DNA of 64,000 bases from a virus, in the IMG/VR virus record IMGVR_UViG_3300023184_000033, positions 99,825 to 163,824 of that record; one strand, given 5' to 3'. The position numbers were made by a program, and so were the translations under genes. Shown here piece after piece: positions 28,951 to 37,270 of the stretch; within the stretch, counting starts at the first letter, position 1, and every line of letters starts with the position of its first letter. The notes below the pieces were generated by a model, which made no database searches, was not told the origin of the DNA, and saw nothing but the letters and a program-made list of their open reading frames with translations.

Positions 28951-31323
28951 ATGGAACCAAAGAGTGAATCACTTGCTGATAAGACTTTAGAAGAGAAAGC
29001 ACCAAAGAAACCAGAACCAAAACTGGTAGCTGCGGCTTTGCTCGGAAAAATATTCACGTTGATGAAGAAAAAGCGTGAACTAGAATTAAAAAATCGTGAA
29101 CTGGATCAAGTTCAACAATCTCAAACTGAGATAAAAGAACTTGAGATGAAGAAAAAAATCATAGAGGCTGTAAAAGAACCTAAAGATGAAGGTCCTAAAG
29201 ACAAAATTCCTAAAGACAAAATTCCTAAAAGTATAGTTAAAAAACCAAAAAAAGAAAAAAAAGCAAAAAAAACAAAAAGCAAAAAAAAATTTGGTTATCC
29301 TGATGGCTTAGCTGGATTTTTAACCGATGCTACACTTATTGGCGCTTTAATTTTTAAACACAATAAAGATGCAGAAAAAATAGAAAAAGAAATTGCAGAT
29401 GTGCTTCAAAATGATGCATTAGAAAAACTATTATCTAATGAACCAGAACCGGCTCCTGATGCGCCAGCACCAAATCCTTCAACTGTCGAGAAACCAACAG
29501 CAGAGTTGCCAGTAACACCACCAGATGCATCTAAAGATGAAGCTGAAGCTAAGAAAGTTGCTGCTGAAGCCGAAGCTGCCAAAGTTGCTGCTGAAAAGAA
29601 AGCTGATGAAGTTAAAAAAGCTAAAGAAGAAGCTGAAGTTAAGAGAGTTAAAGAAGAGAAAGAAACGGCTGCTAGAGAACAAGAAGAAACTGAAAAAAGA
29701 AAAAAAGCAGAAGAAGAAAAAAAGAATGCTGCTGCCAAACAAATTGAAGCTGAACAAAAAGAAAAACAAGCCAAAGCCGATGAAGAACAAAATCAAAGAG
29801 AATCGGATATATTAAAAAGAAAAGCAGAACGAACAAAAAACGAACAAGATAAAAAAGCAGCGGAGGAAGCAGAAGAAAAAGCTCGTGTTGCGAAAGAAAA
29901 ATCTCGCCTTGCTCAGGAAGAAACTGAAAAAGCCCGTAGAGAAAAAGAAGAAGTAAGGTTAAAAGAAGAATCTAGGTTAAAAGCTGCGGCTGACGCCGAA
30001 AATAAACGTAAAGAGCAAAAAGCTGCTGATGATAAGAAAGCTGCTGATAAAGCGGCAGCTGATAAGAAAGCTGCTGATAAAGCGGCAGCTGATAAGAAAG
30101 CTGTTGATGATAAAGCGGCAGCTGATAAGAAAGCTGTTGATGATAAAGCGGCAGCTGATAAGAAAGCTGTTGATGATAAAGCGGCAGCTGATAAAGCTGC
30201 AGCGGACAAACGTAAACTAACACCACAACCACCAGTTCCACCCGCTGTACAACCTATACTTCCAAAACCATCAGTCAATCCTAATGCTGGCGAACTTGGC
30301 AATCAAGATAATGTAAGAAATCCTTCAGCCTCAAGAATATTTCCTAAAGATTTGAATAATTTTGGTAAAAACAAAAAATATGGTTATTTGGATGAATACC
30401 AAACCTATTCGGCCATATCTAAACACGAAGGTGGTTATGAGGCTCTTTATAATGATTCATCAAAACTAATACCGGACCCGGAAGATCCAAAAAAGCAGAA
30501 GAAGATTAGGGTGAAATACAATAAATCTGGCCCAACAGTAGAAGAATGGTCGGAAGCAAATCTTGGGAAGAAGAAAAAATTAACAGAATTGACATTCACT
30601 GAGTTATTACAACTTCAGAACTCCAGACCGGCCGGCCAGGCCGCAGTAGGTAAAATACAGTTCATACCATCTACACTTTTTGGTAAGAAACTTGATGGTG
30701 ATGCAGCATCCGTCTTTGGCCAGTCGGGTCTAAAATGGTCAGATATATTTTCCCCAGCTAATCAAGAAATTTTAATATCAACGTTGAGCAAACAACAAGA
30801 TGCTGTATTGCTAGGAAAAGAGGGCCAGAAGACCCTTAAAGATTTAGGACATGATGGAAAAATTACTCCTGGTATGAAACTTGCGGCCAATTATATCGGC
30901 CCAGCAGGTTTACTTGCTATTATGGAAGAATCAAAAAAAGATCCAACTCTCTCTGTTGCTGAGATTTATAAAAAAAGATTTAATATAGACCTTACTAAAG
31001 GTATGACAATCAATAAAGAATTGGCTGTACCTGGCAGTGGTGCAACTTTTTTAGCTGAAAAAGAAAAGTTTGTGCTTGATTTTGCTATTAAAGAAAAATA
31101 TTTAACCCCAGAAGAATCAGCAAAAACAGTCATGCCAGCTACAGTTCCATCGGGCACAAGAATTGATACTTTATCAACAAATAATGCAGCTGCCAAAGCT
31201 GATTCAAAAGCTGCAACTTCATCTGCATCAACTACTGTTATAATACAAAATCAATCCAATACTAGACCTGCGGCCGTACCAGCACCAAAAGTGGATGATA
31301 GACCAGCACATTTAAGAAAGTAA
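28951..31323 (+). CDS. Tape-measure-like virion protein with charged coiled coil and lysozyme-like domain
   Basis: Follows gp26/gp51 (gp29 position); long E/K/A coiled coil; AISKHEGGY..AAVGKIQFIPSTL..FSPANQE muramidase-like motifs. Confidence 0.65.
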   Translation: MEPKSESLADKTLEEKAPKKPEPKLVAAALLGKIFTLMKKKRELELKNRELDQVQQSQTEIKELEMKKKIIEAVKEPKDEGPKDKIPKDKIPKSIVKKPKKEKKAKKTKSKKKFGYPDGLAGFLTDATLIGALIFKHNKDAEKIEKEIADVLQNDALEKLLSNEPEPAPDAPAPNPSTVEKPTAELPVTPPDASKDEAEAKKVAAEAEAAKVAAEKKADEVKKAKEEAEVKRVKEEKETAAREQEETEKRKKAEEEKKNAAAKQIEAEQKEKQAKADEEQNQRESDILKRKAERTKNEQDKKAAEEAEEKARVAKEKSRLAQEETEKARREKEEVRLKEESRLKAAADAENKRKEQKAADDKKAADKAAADKKAADKAAADKKAVDDKAAADKKAVDDKAAADKKAVDDKAAADKAAADKRKLTPQPPVPPAVQPILPKPSVNPNAGELGNQDNVRNPSASRIFPKDLNNFGKNKKYGYLDEYQTYSAISKHEGGYEALYNDSSKLIPDPEDPKKQKKIRVKYNKSGPTVEEWSEANLGKKKKLTELTFTELLQLQNSRPAGQAAVGKIQFIPSTLFGKKLDGDAASVFGQSGLKWSDIFSPANQEILISTLSKQQDAVLLGKEGQKTLKDLGHDGKITPGMKLAANYIGPAGLLAIMEESKKDPTLSVAEIYKKRFNIDLTKGMTINKELAVPGSGATFLAEKEKFVLDFAIKEKYLTPEESAKTVMPATVPSGTRIDTLSTNNAAAKADSKAATSSASTTVIIQNQSNTRPAAVPAPKVDDRPAHLRK
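30031..30189 (+). repeat. Tandem repeat, 2x30 nt + 3x33 nt, encoding DKKA(A/VD)DKAAA
   Basis: gataagaaagctgctgataaagcggcagct x2, then gataagaaagctgttgatgataaagcggcagct x3. Confidence 0.95.
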
Positions 31324-31332
31324 AGAAATAAA

Positions 31333-33291
31333 ATGGCCGAAGAAAAAAAAGAAAAAAAGATTGCTGCGTTGTTAAGGGGGTCCAATACAGAAGAACAAAC
31401 AGCGGTACAGGTTGTACCCCAGTACAATCTTTCTTCCAATAAAATTACTGAAGGCAAATCCGAAGTTGCTACAGAAGAACTTGTCACTAGAATTTCTGAC
31501 GTAGAAGCACTCATTCCAAAAAATGATATTAAAATTGGTAAAGTAAGTAAAAAAGTTGACAATCTAAAAAGTTTAACAAATAAAAAGTTTGAACGAATCA
31601 CCAAAAAAATCACCGAAGAGATTGATATTATTGCTGAAGGTCTCGATGATAATAATAAAAAAGTAACAAAATTATCTACACTAATTGAAAAACAAAAAAA
31701 AGATGGTGAAAAAGACTCTAAGAATGCTGAAAAGGGCGACAATAAAATAATTACAATTCTAACGAATATGTTAGATTTTATGAAATTAACTTTTGAAGAA
31801 GACAAATTAACAAGAGAACAACAAAATAATTTTAGTGAAGAACATAATTTAGAAAAAGAACGTAAAGACAAAGAACTTTTAGAAGCATTAAAAGGAAGAA
31901 ATGTTCCTACAGCTGAAAAGATTGTTGAAGATGATGATAAAGGTGGTTTTTTTGAAAAAATATTAGGTGCCATGGCATCTATTTTAGGTCCACTAAAAAC
32001 TTTTATGAATGTTTTAGGAAAATTATTTTCCACATTAAGCAAGTTTGTTACTTCCTTTGCAAGATTCATCACTTCTGCCGGCAAAATATTATTTTCTGCT
32101 GCTAGATTGCTGTTTAGTCCTTTGGGTCTTGGTTTGTTAATCGCTGCAGGTGCTGGTTATTCTTTATACAAATTTTATGAATGGATTCAAAAGAATGACC
32201 AATCCAAATTGAGTCCATCAGAAGCTGCAGCTGCATTATCAGATGAACGAGAGGTTATAGCTCAAGCAAAACTCAAATTCAGAAAAGATGAGGTTACTAA
32301 AGATGAAATTGAAGAAACACGCAAAGCGTTAATTGAGAATGTAACGGGTGGTAGAAAAAGAGCTGAAGAAATTAAAGCAATGCCTGAAGGTCCAGAAAAA
32401 GAAAATGCATTGCAATCAATTGGTGGTGCCAGAAAACTAGAAGAAATTTTAGCAGATAAAAATGAATATAAAGTACCCACTGGAAATGAAGTTGAAGCTT
32501 TACCTGGTAGAGCTATACCAAGGCCAGATCCAAAAAAAGGAAATCCTGCTGCAACAATGTCTTGGGATAGACAATGGAAAGGTATATTAGATCCAGTTAC
32601 AGGACTTCAACTTTCTGTAACTAACAATAAAATTGCCGATAGGATGGATGCTGAAGCCAGCGCAAATCGTACTGGTGTTCCGCAAAATGTTATAGCTGCT
32701 GATAGGATGGATGCTGAAGCTAACAACATGCCGAATCCTATTGCTCAAAAAATTGCTGATAGGATGGATGCTGAAGCCAACTCAGAATCTATGCGGGCCA
32801 TTGGAAAGGCAGCTACTCCAACCTCAAAGTTTGCTATAACTCCTGAAGAAGCACGTATCGCTTTGACAGGTTCTGACCGAGATATCGAAAAACTTGGAGG
32901 CAGAGTCTACTTACAACGGATAGCTAACTCCACAACACCATCAACTCAATCTACGCCGGCGGCAGTACCAGCAACACCTTCTACATCAAGCTCAACATCA
33001 GAAGTTACACCGGTTGTGCCACCACCACCAAAGCAAGTTCATGAACCAGTATCTTCTGCAACTCCTATGCCAATGACACAAAATTTAGGATCAAAAGTTG
33101 CTGACATGTCGAATGATAATGCTTTAACCAAGTCGGCTATGGAAATCAATATAACTCCAAACAATTCAGTTAATAATGTTGTGGCTACAAACAAAAGTAA
33201 TGTTCCACAAGCAGGTAATAAAATTCCTTCTGTTAGAAATCAAGAAGAAACATACCAGCGAATGATATTGGATAGTACCAGAATGGTATAA
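31333..33291 (+). CDS. Second tape-measure-like/baseplate hub protein
   Basis: Coiled coil, hydrophobic G/A-rich segment (LGLGLLIAAGAGY), low-complexity S/T/P tail, terminal PSVRN. Confidence 0.6.
   Translation: MAEEKKEKKIAALLRGSNTEEQTAVQVVPQYNLSSNKITEGKSEVATEELVTRISDVEALIPKNDIKIGKVSKKVDNLKSLTNKKFERITKKITEEIDIIAEGLDDNNKKVTKLSTLIEKQKKDGEKDSKNAEKGDNKIITILTNMLDFMKLTFEEDKLTREQQNNFSEEHNLEKERKDKELLEALKGRNVPTAEKIVEDDDKGGFFEKILGAMASILGPLKTFMNVLGKLFSTLSKFVTSFARFITSAGKILFSAARLLFSPLGLGLLIAAGAGYSLYKFYEWIQKNDQSKLSPSEAAAALSDEREVIAQAKLKFRKDEVTKDEIEETRKALIENVTGGRKRAEEIKAMPEGPEKENALQSIGGARKLEEILADKNEYKVPTGNEVEALPGRAIPRPDPKKGNPAATMSWDRQWKGILDPVTGLQLSVTNNKIADRMDAEASANRTGVPQNVIAADRMDAEANNMPNPIAQKIADRMDAEANSESMRAIGKAATPTSKFAITPEEARIALTGSDRDIEKLGGRVYLQRIANSTTPSTQSTPAAVPATPSTSSSTSEVTPVVPPPPKQVHEPVSSATPMPMTQNLGSKVADMSNDNALTKSAMEINITPNNSVNNVVATNKSNVPQAGNKIPSVRNQEETYQRMILDSTRMV
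32638..32777 (+). repeat. Three copies of gataggatggatgctgaagc (ADRMDAEA)
   Basis: Identical 20-mers at 32638, 32701 and 32758. Confidence 0.9.
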
Positions 33292-33292
33292 C

Positions 33293-33325
33293 AAAAAACC
33301 CCGCACAAGGCGGGGTTCTTATTTT
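33293..33325. terminator. Bidirectional rho-independent terminator
   Basis: AAAAAACCCCGC-ACAAG-GCGGGGTTCTTATTTT between convergent genes. Confidence 0.9.
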
Positions 33326-33342
33326 GTGAAGAAAATTGATTA

Positions 33343-34230
33343 TTAGTCTTCAGCTAACTTACTGAAGTAAGCCATATCGTCATCATCTTCTGTAATTTCT
33401 GGTTCTTTAGTTGCAAACTTAGCAGGATTGGCACGAGCCTCTGCTTTAATAGTTTCAACTGTAGTCTTAGGTGCAATTACTTCACCGTTTAAACCAAGAA
33501 CCTTTTCAAGACGATTCTTCAAGTCATCATATGTTTTGAATTCTTTATCAGTCACCAAAGTTTTTAGTGTATGTTCAGACTTCCAAATTGTTTCGAGTTC
33601 TTCATCATTGGTAGACAATGGCGCAGCTGACTCAAATTCAGACTTGTCATAGTTCTGATAACCTTCAACTTTACGAATCTTAATTTTAAAGTTAGCACCT
33701 TTCCACATATCAAATGGATTGATTGCTGTTTCATCTTCAAACTGAGGATTCATCGCTTCAGTAATCTTATCGAAAATCTTGGCACCAAACTTGAACAGTT
33801 TGACTTTGCCTTCATTTTCAGGATTCTTAGGGTCTGAAACAATATACACGTTAGTGATATAATTCAGTTTACGTTTTTGTTTACTAACGATATCACGATT
33901 AGCTTTAACACCAGAATTCCACAAAACAGAATTGTGTTCACACACAGGACATTGTTGGTTTTTAGTAGTCAAGCAGTTATCGATTAACCAACCACCAGGA
34001 CCTTGGAATCCATGAGAGAAGATTTTAACCCATGGCAAAGATTCATCACCATCACCTTCAGATGCAGGAAGAAAACGGACAGTGGCCATACCATTGCCTG
34101 CTTTATCCACAGATGGTTTCCAGAATAGGTCTTTGTTTTCATCACCAGACGTTGCATTGAGAGATTCAATAGCCTTAGTGAGTTTGTCGAGATTGCCAGA
34201 TTGGCGTTTGAGATTAGCAAAAGAGCTCAT
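33343..34230 (-). CDS. gp32: Single-stranded DNA-binding protein gp32
   Basis: WKPSVDKAGNG.ATVRFLP, HGFQGPGGW.IDNC, CPVC, FGAKIFDKI, YQNYDKSEF, acidic tail. Confidence 0.98.
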   Translation of the reverse strand: MSSFANLKRQSGNLDKLTKAIESLNATSGDENKDLFWKPSVDKAGNGMATVRFLPASEGDGDESLPWVKIFSHGFQGPGGWLIDNCLTTKNQQCPVCEHNSVLWNSGVKANRDIVSKQKRKLNYITNVYIVSDPKNPENEGKVKLFKFGAKIFDKITEAMNPQFEDETAINPFDMWKGANFKIKIRKVEGYQNYDKSEFESAAPLSTNDEELETIWKSEHTLKTLVTDKEFKTYDDLKNRLEKVLGLNGEVIAPKTTVETIKAEARANPAKFATKEPEITEDDDDMAYFSKLAED

Positions 34231-34297
34231 TTTGTTTTCCTTATAAACGGAGTATTAAATATTACGGAGTGTAAACGGTTTGTTTCACATGGTGCAT

Positions 34298-34326
34298 AGT
34301 ATATCATATATTTAGGCGCTTGTCAA
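34298..34326 (-). promoter_or_regulatory. Sigma70 promoter TTGACA-17-TATACT with embedded late box CTAAATA
   Basis: TTGACA agcgcCTAAATAtatga TATACT upstream of gp32. Confidence 0.85.
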
Positions 34327-34814
34327 ACGTATAGTTTCAAAATTGCCAGAGTGGTTACCCAATCTTTATGATATATGGCATGTCCACCAGCTCCTATAAA
34401 TTGTTTGACGTTTATTTCAGTATCGTCAATCAATAAAGTATCTGGTCGAGCATACTCTTTTTTGTGCCGTTTTCCAGGCACAAGAATTGGTTTGAAGGTA
34501 ATATTATGTTTCTTCAACCAATTAATTTTTTGTTCTTGCACATCTTCATGTACCTCAGGTCTTGCTGTTGAGGAAAGAATTTCAGTTGGAATATGAATTT
34601 TGTTTAGATAATCTAATCCAACTTGTGCATCATCCATAAGTGGAAGTTTTTCGAAGCCTTTGTTATCAATCATTTGACGGAAATAAGGTTCAAACTTTTT
34701 TTCTTTTTCGGCTTGGCGTGGATGAATTCCGTGCTGCCTAATGTATTCACGATTAAAGTCAGCAATGACACCATCCATGTCTAGATAGATTTTGGTGATT
34801 TTATGAAACGGCAT
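34323..34814 (-). CDS. HAD-family 5'(3')-deoxyribonucleotidase
   Basis: YLDMDGVIADF, KINWL, LLIDD. Confidence 0.85.
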   Translation of the reverse strand: MPFHKITKIYLDMDGVIADFNREYIRQHGIHPRQAEKEKKFEPYFRQMIDNKGFEKLPLMDDAQVGLDYLNKIHIPTEILSSTARPEVHEDVQEQKINWLKKHNITFKPILVPGKRHKKEYARPDTLLIDDTEINVKQFIGAGGHAIYHKDWVTTLAILKLYV

Positions 34815-35403
34815 AATCTTTAATTTTCTCTTGCAATATATTCTTCATTTTGTTCTTGTCGTAAAACAAAAACGGTTTGTATTTTTCACATTTATTTTTC
34901 AATTCAGGCCAAACAATATCATCAATAATCTTTTTCTCCCACATGGGAAAGAAGTTTAGTAAATCATTCAAAATAACCAGAGTTTCAATCGCAACTTTAC
35001 CATGCATTGTTTCTACCAACAACTTTGGATAGTTGCCCGATTCCACTTTGAAGATATTATTGTGATTATCTAATACGTGTATTATATCAGATTCAAACTG
35101 ATATGTCAAGCTCTGGATTCTTTTTTGCCACTTTTTATAGTTTTCTTCATTGTCAGGTCCTGTTATATCACCAACCCAATTAACGTCTTGGACTATGAAG
35201 TTGGAGATATAATAGTTCCTGAGTTCATCCAACGAGTATTTCCTAGACAAACGATAGAACGTAAACTTATCCTTTCTTATTGAAAAGGATTGTTTAGAAA
35301 CATTCGTTTTACCATGATACTTTACATAGTCATAAGAACCTGTGAAGTGTAACTTGAGAGCATGAAACATGGCAAACGCTGCGAAGCCAGTATTCTCACT
35401 CAT
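34801..35403 (-). CDS. gp59: Helicase loader gp59
   Basis: ALKLHFT..YDYVKY.GK, RKDK..F..L, IETLVIL; synteny gp33-gp59-gp32. Confidence 0.92.
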   Translation of the reverse strand: MSENTGFAAFAMFHALKLHFTGSYDYVKYHGKTNVSKQSFSIRKDKFTFYRLSRKYSLDELRNYYISNFIVQDVNWVGDITGPDNEENYKKWQKRIQSLTYQFESDIIHVLDNHNNIFKVESGNYPKLLVETMHGKVAIETLVILNDLLNFFPMWEKKIIDDIVWPELKNKCEKYKPFLFYDKNKMKNILQEKIKDYAVS

Positions 35404-35621
35404 AACGGTAGTTTAGATGTTTTCCTTAGCATGTTAGCATCTTGCGCTTCTTCTCTAATACGACCTTTTAATGCGGCTGATATTAGAGAAGAAGCAACTT
35501 CAATTTCCAAGCCAGTTGTTTTACAATGTTCTAGGATGGCATCCATATGTGTACACCGCAAACGAATGGCCAAGTCTCTAATCATTAGACTGAATTCAGA
35601 TATTTCATTTTTAGTTGGCAT
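35400..35621 (-). CDS. gp33: Late transcription coactivator gp33
   Basis: MDAILEHC...EIE....LIS..LK..IREEA...NML....KLP. Confidence 0.9.
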   Translation of the reverse strand: MPTKNEISEFSLMIRDLAIRLRCTHMDAILEHCKTTGLEIEVASSLISAALKGRIREEAQDANMLRKTSKLPL

Positions 35622-35647
35622 AGTAGTTTAAGTATTCAAAGATATAC

Positions 35648-35676
35648 ATTATAAGGTATCACAAGTCAAATGTCAA
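35648..35676 (-). promoter_or_regulatory. Consensus sigma70 promoter TTGACA-17-TATAAT
   Basis: Perfect hexamers and spacing upstream of gp33. Confidence 0.9.
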
Positions 35677-35679
35677 CAA

Positions 35680-36213
35680 CTATATTGATTTGTACCGATA
35701 AAAGATGTGATTACCAATCTTAGAGACAACTGGTAGATTCCAACCCGGATTTACATAGTTGGCATGATAGAACATAGCTTTCTTTAAGTAAAGCAATTCA
35801 TGTGCTATAGGTTCTGTTAAAGCTTTTCTTGCAACGATAAGAGATTCTTCCCATGAGTACTTGTTCTTGGCAGAAAGGTTTTCTTTCATGCAAGTCCAAG
35901 AAAATTGGCAAGTTACTTTGCCATTGATATTGTCTCTTTGGTGTACTACATTGCAGATTGAGGATGAATATCTGCCAGAATTAGCACGATTCAATGTTAC
36001 TTGTGCTACTGCTAGTTTACCCTCGAATGATTCTGTTGCAGCTTCATAGTATATGTTCTCTGCAAGACAGTTCATTTCTTTTTTGAATTCCATTCCAACT
36101 ATATGCTTTGTTGATGGACTGGTGGCCAATGATTGTTGAAAAGTTGCTGTGAATGTACATAAACTTATTGTGATTAATGAAATAAAAAGGAATTTCTTTT
36201 TACTTAACTTCAT
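35680..36213 (-). CDS. Cell wall hydrolase, SleB/Hydrolase_2 family
   Basis: CLAENIYYEA..E...GKLAVAQVTLNR, CQFSW, FYHANYV.P.W, IGNHIFY; N-terminal signal/anchor. Confidence 0.92.
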   Translation of the reverse strand: MKLSKKKFLFISLITISLCTFTATFQQSLATSPSTKHIVGMEFKKEMNCLAENIYYEAATESFEGKLAVAQVTLNRANSGRYSSSICNVVHQRDNINGKVTCQFSWTCMKENLSAKNKYSWEESLIVARKALTEPIAHELLYLKKAMFYHANYVNPGWNLPVVSKIGNHIFYRYKSI

Positions 36214-36236
36214 CGGTTCTCCTTGTGTGTGTTTAA

Positions 36237-36252
36237 CAGGCCCGAAGGCCTG
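36237..36252 (-). other. Stable cUUCGg hairpin (T4-type intergenic stem-loop)
   Basis: CAGGCC-TTCG-GGCCTG. Confidence 0.75.
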
Positions 36253-36259
36253 CTCCCAA

Positions 36260-36541
36260 TCAAGAGTTCTTTTTAGTAAGAACTTTTACAGCAGGTGCTG
36301 CATCAGGAAGATTAGACACGAAACCATTTAAGGTTGAAGCCTTAATGATAATGTCTGATTCCAATGGGATTGAAGGTAAGGCGGGATGTTCAGGTGGTGT
36401 TTCACCTTTAGCCTTGGCGGTTTCTACTACGACTTGCCAATTGGATTGGATCCTATTAGATTGTGCGTGATAGTCATCGAATAACATGTCTCTTGCCATT
36501 TTTAAAAGCTCGAGACGGATTTCAAATGGTGTCATACTCAT
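36260..36541 (-). CDS. Conserved hypothetical phage protein
   Basis: TPFEIRLELLKMA...A..LNGFVS; AAGGAG SD; late box CTAAATA at 36599-36605. Confidence 0.75.
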   Translation of the reverse strand: MSMTPFEIRLELLKMARDMLFDDYHAQSNRIQSNWQVVVETAKAKGETPPEHPALPSIPLESDIIIKASTLNGFVSNLPDAAPAVKVLTKKNS

Positions 36542-36655
36542 ATTTACTCCTTGTGTTGTAGTGTGTGTTATACTGACTTTTATGTTTGTCAGTATAATTA
36601 TTTAGGCAGTTTAATTCCGTTACGAGGATAAACTACCAAAAACCATAATCGATTT

Positions 36656-36826
36656 TCAACTCGATTTTTTGGCTGATTTCTTAGCTTCTGCTTTCTTAGC
36701 TACAGGCTTAGCACTTTCTTTCTTAACTGTTGCTGCTGGTGCAGCCGGTTTTGCTGGTGCTGAAGATTGTGCGAAAGAAACAGTTGCGAATGATAACATT
36801 ACTAGTGCGATAATTGATTTCATATT
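36656..36826 (-). CDS. Small exported Ala/Lys/Pro-rich peptide (acid-shock-protein-like composition)
   Basis: Signal peptide MKSIIALVMLSFATVSFA; AAAGGA SD; APAKPAAP..KK tail. Confidence 0.7.
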   Translation of the reverse strand, partial: NMKSIIALVMLSFATVSFAQSSAPAKPAAPAATVKKESAKPVAKKAEAKKSAKKSS

Positions 36827-36898
36827 GATTCCTTTAAAAAATTTAAAACTGCAAGTTGATTCTGTTGCTAAGTTCAACTTGCAAAACTCCGATGAGGA

Positions 36899-36931
36899 TT
36901 ACGCCGCCATCAAGAAACGTGAGTCGTTTGC
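36899..36931 (-). other. tmRNA tag reading frame (A)ANDSRFLMAA
   Basis: gca aac gac tca cgt ttc ttg atg gcg gcg taa, after an A-rich resume context. Confidence 0.9.
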
Positions 36932-37017
36932 TTTTACTTTATTTTCTTCTTTTTACATCGTTGCTGATGTGCTGTCCACTCATTTACTTGTTGCCCTGTC
37001 GAAACTATGCAGGCCCA

Positions 37018-37176
37018 TCATAAAGATTTAATTTCTGTGATGATACTGTAGATGTTTGAGTATGTATTAGTTATTTCCTCTAGCTGTTGTTCTGATATAG
37101 AATCATTTACTTCAAAATGAACTAAGTCTTTAGCTAGATTCTCCTGTAATAATTTCAAACTATCTTGTTCATCCAT
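37018..37176 (-). CDS. 52-aa acidic ORF inside the tmRNA intervening segment (missing from ORF track)
   Basis: MDEQDSLKLLQENLAKDLVHFEVNDSISEQQLEEITNTYSNIYSIITEIKSL*; AAAGG SD 5 nt upstream. Confidence 0.6.
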   Translation of the reverse strand: MDEQDSLKLLQENLAKDLVHFEVNDSISEQQLEEITNTYSNIYSIITEIKSL

Positions 37177-37270
37177 ATAAACCTTTATGGTGGACCTGGG
37201 GGGATTCGCACCCCCGTCCAGAACACTTTTCTCTTTGCTTCATACAGCAATATCACTTAATCATGTTATA

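Larger units (their letters stand above)
36846..37264 (-). ncRNA. ssrA: Circularly permuted (two-piece) tmRNA gene
   Basis: Acceptor piece ends ...GGGGG-TGCGAAT-CCCCC-CAGGTCC-A-CCA at 37188 and precedes the coding piece starting GGGCCTG at 37016; G3.U70 alanine pair; helix CAGGGCA/TGTTCTG; tag ANDSRFLMAA*. Confidence 0.93.

Noticed and set aside
29406-32084. Long antisense and alternate-frame ORFs (e.g. 31251-32084, 29913-30302)
   Set aside because: Shadow frames produced by low-complexity, codon-biased plus-strand genes.
32638-32777. Repeat-spacer-repeat pattern resembling a mini CRISPR array
   Set aside because: Only three 20-nt non-palindromic repeats, in frame within a long ORF, with no leader or cas genes.
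37188-37225. Possible stand-alone tRNA gene or integration att site
   Set aside because: Only a T-arm and acceptor 3' strand, with no anticodon arm. It pairs with the downstream GGGCCTG and is explained by the permuted tmRNA.
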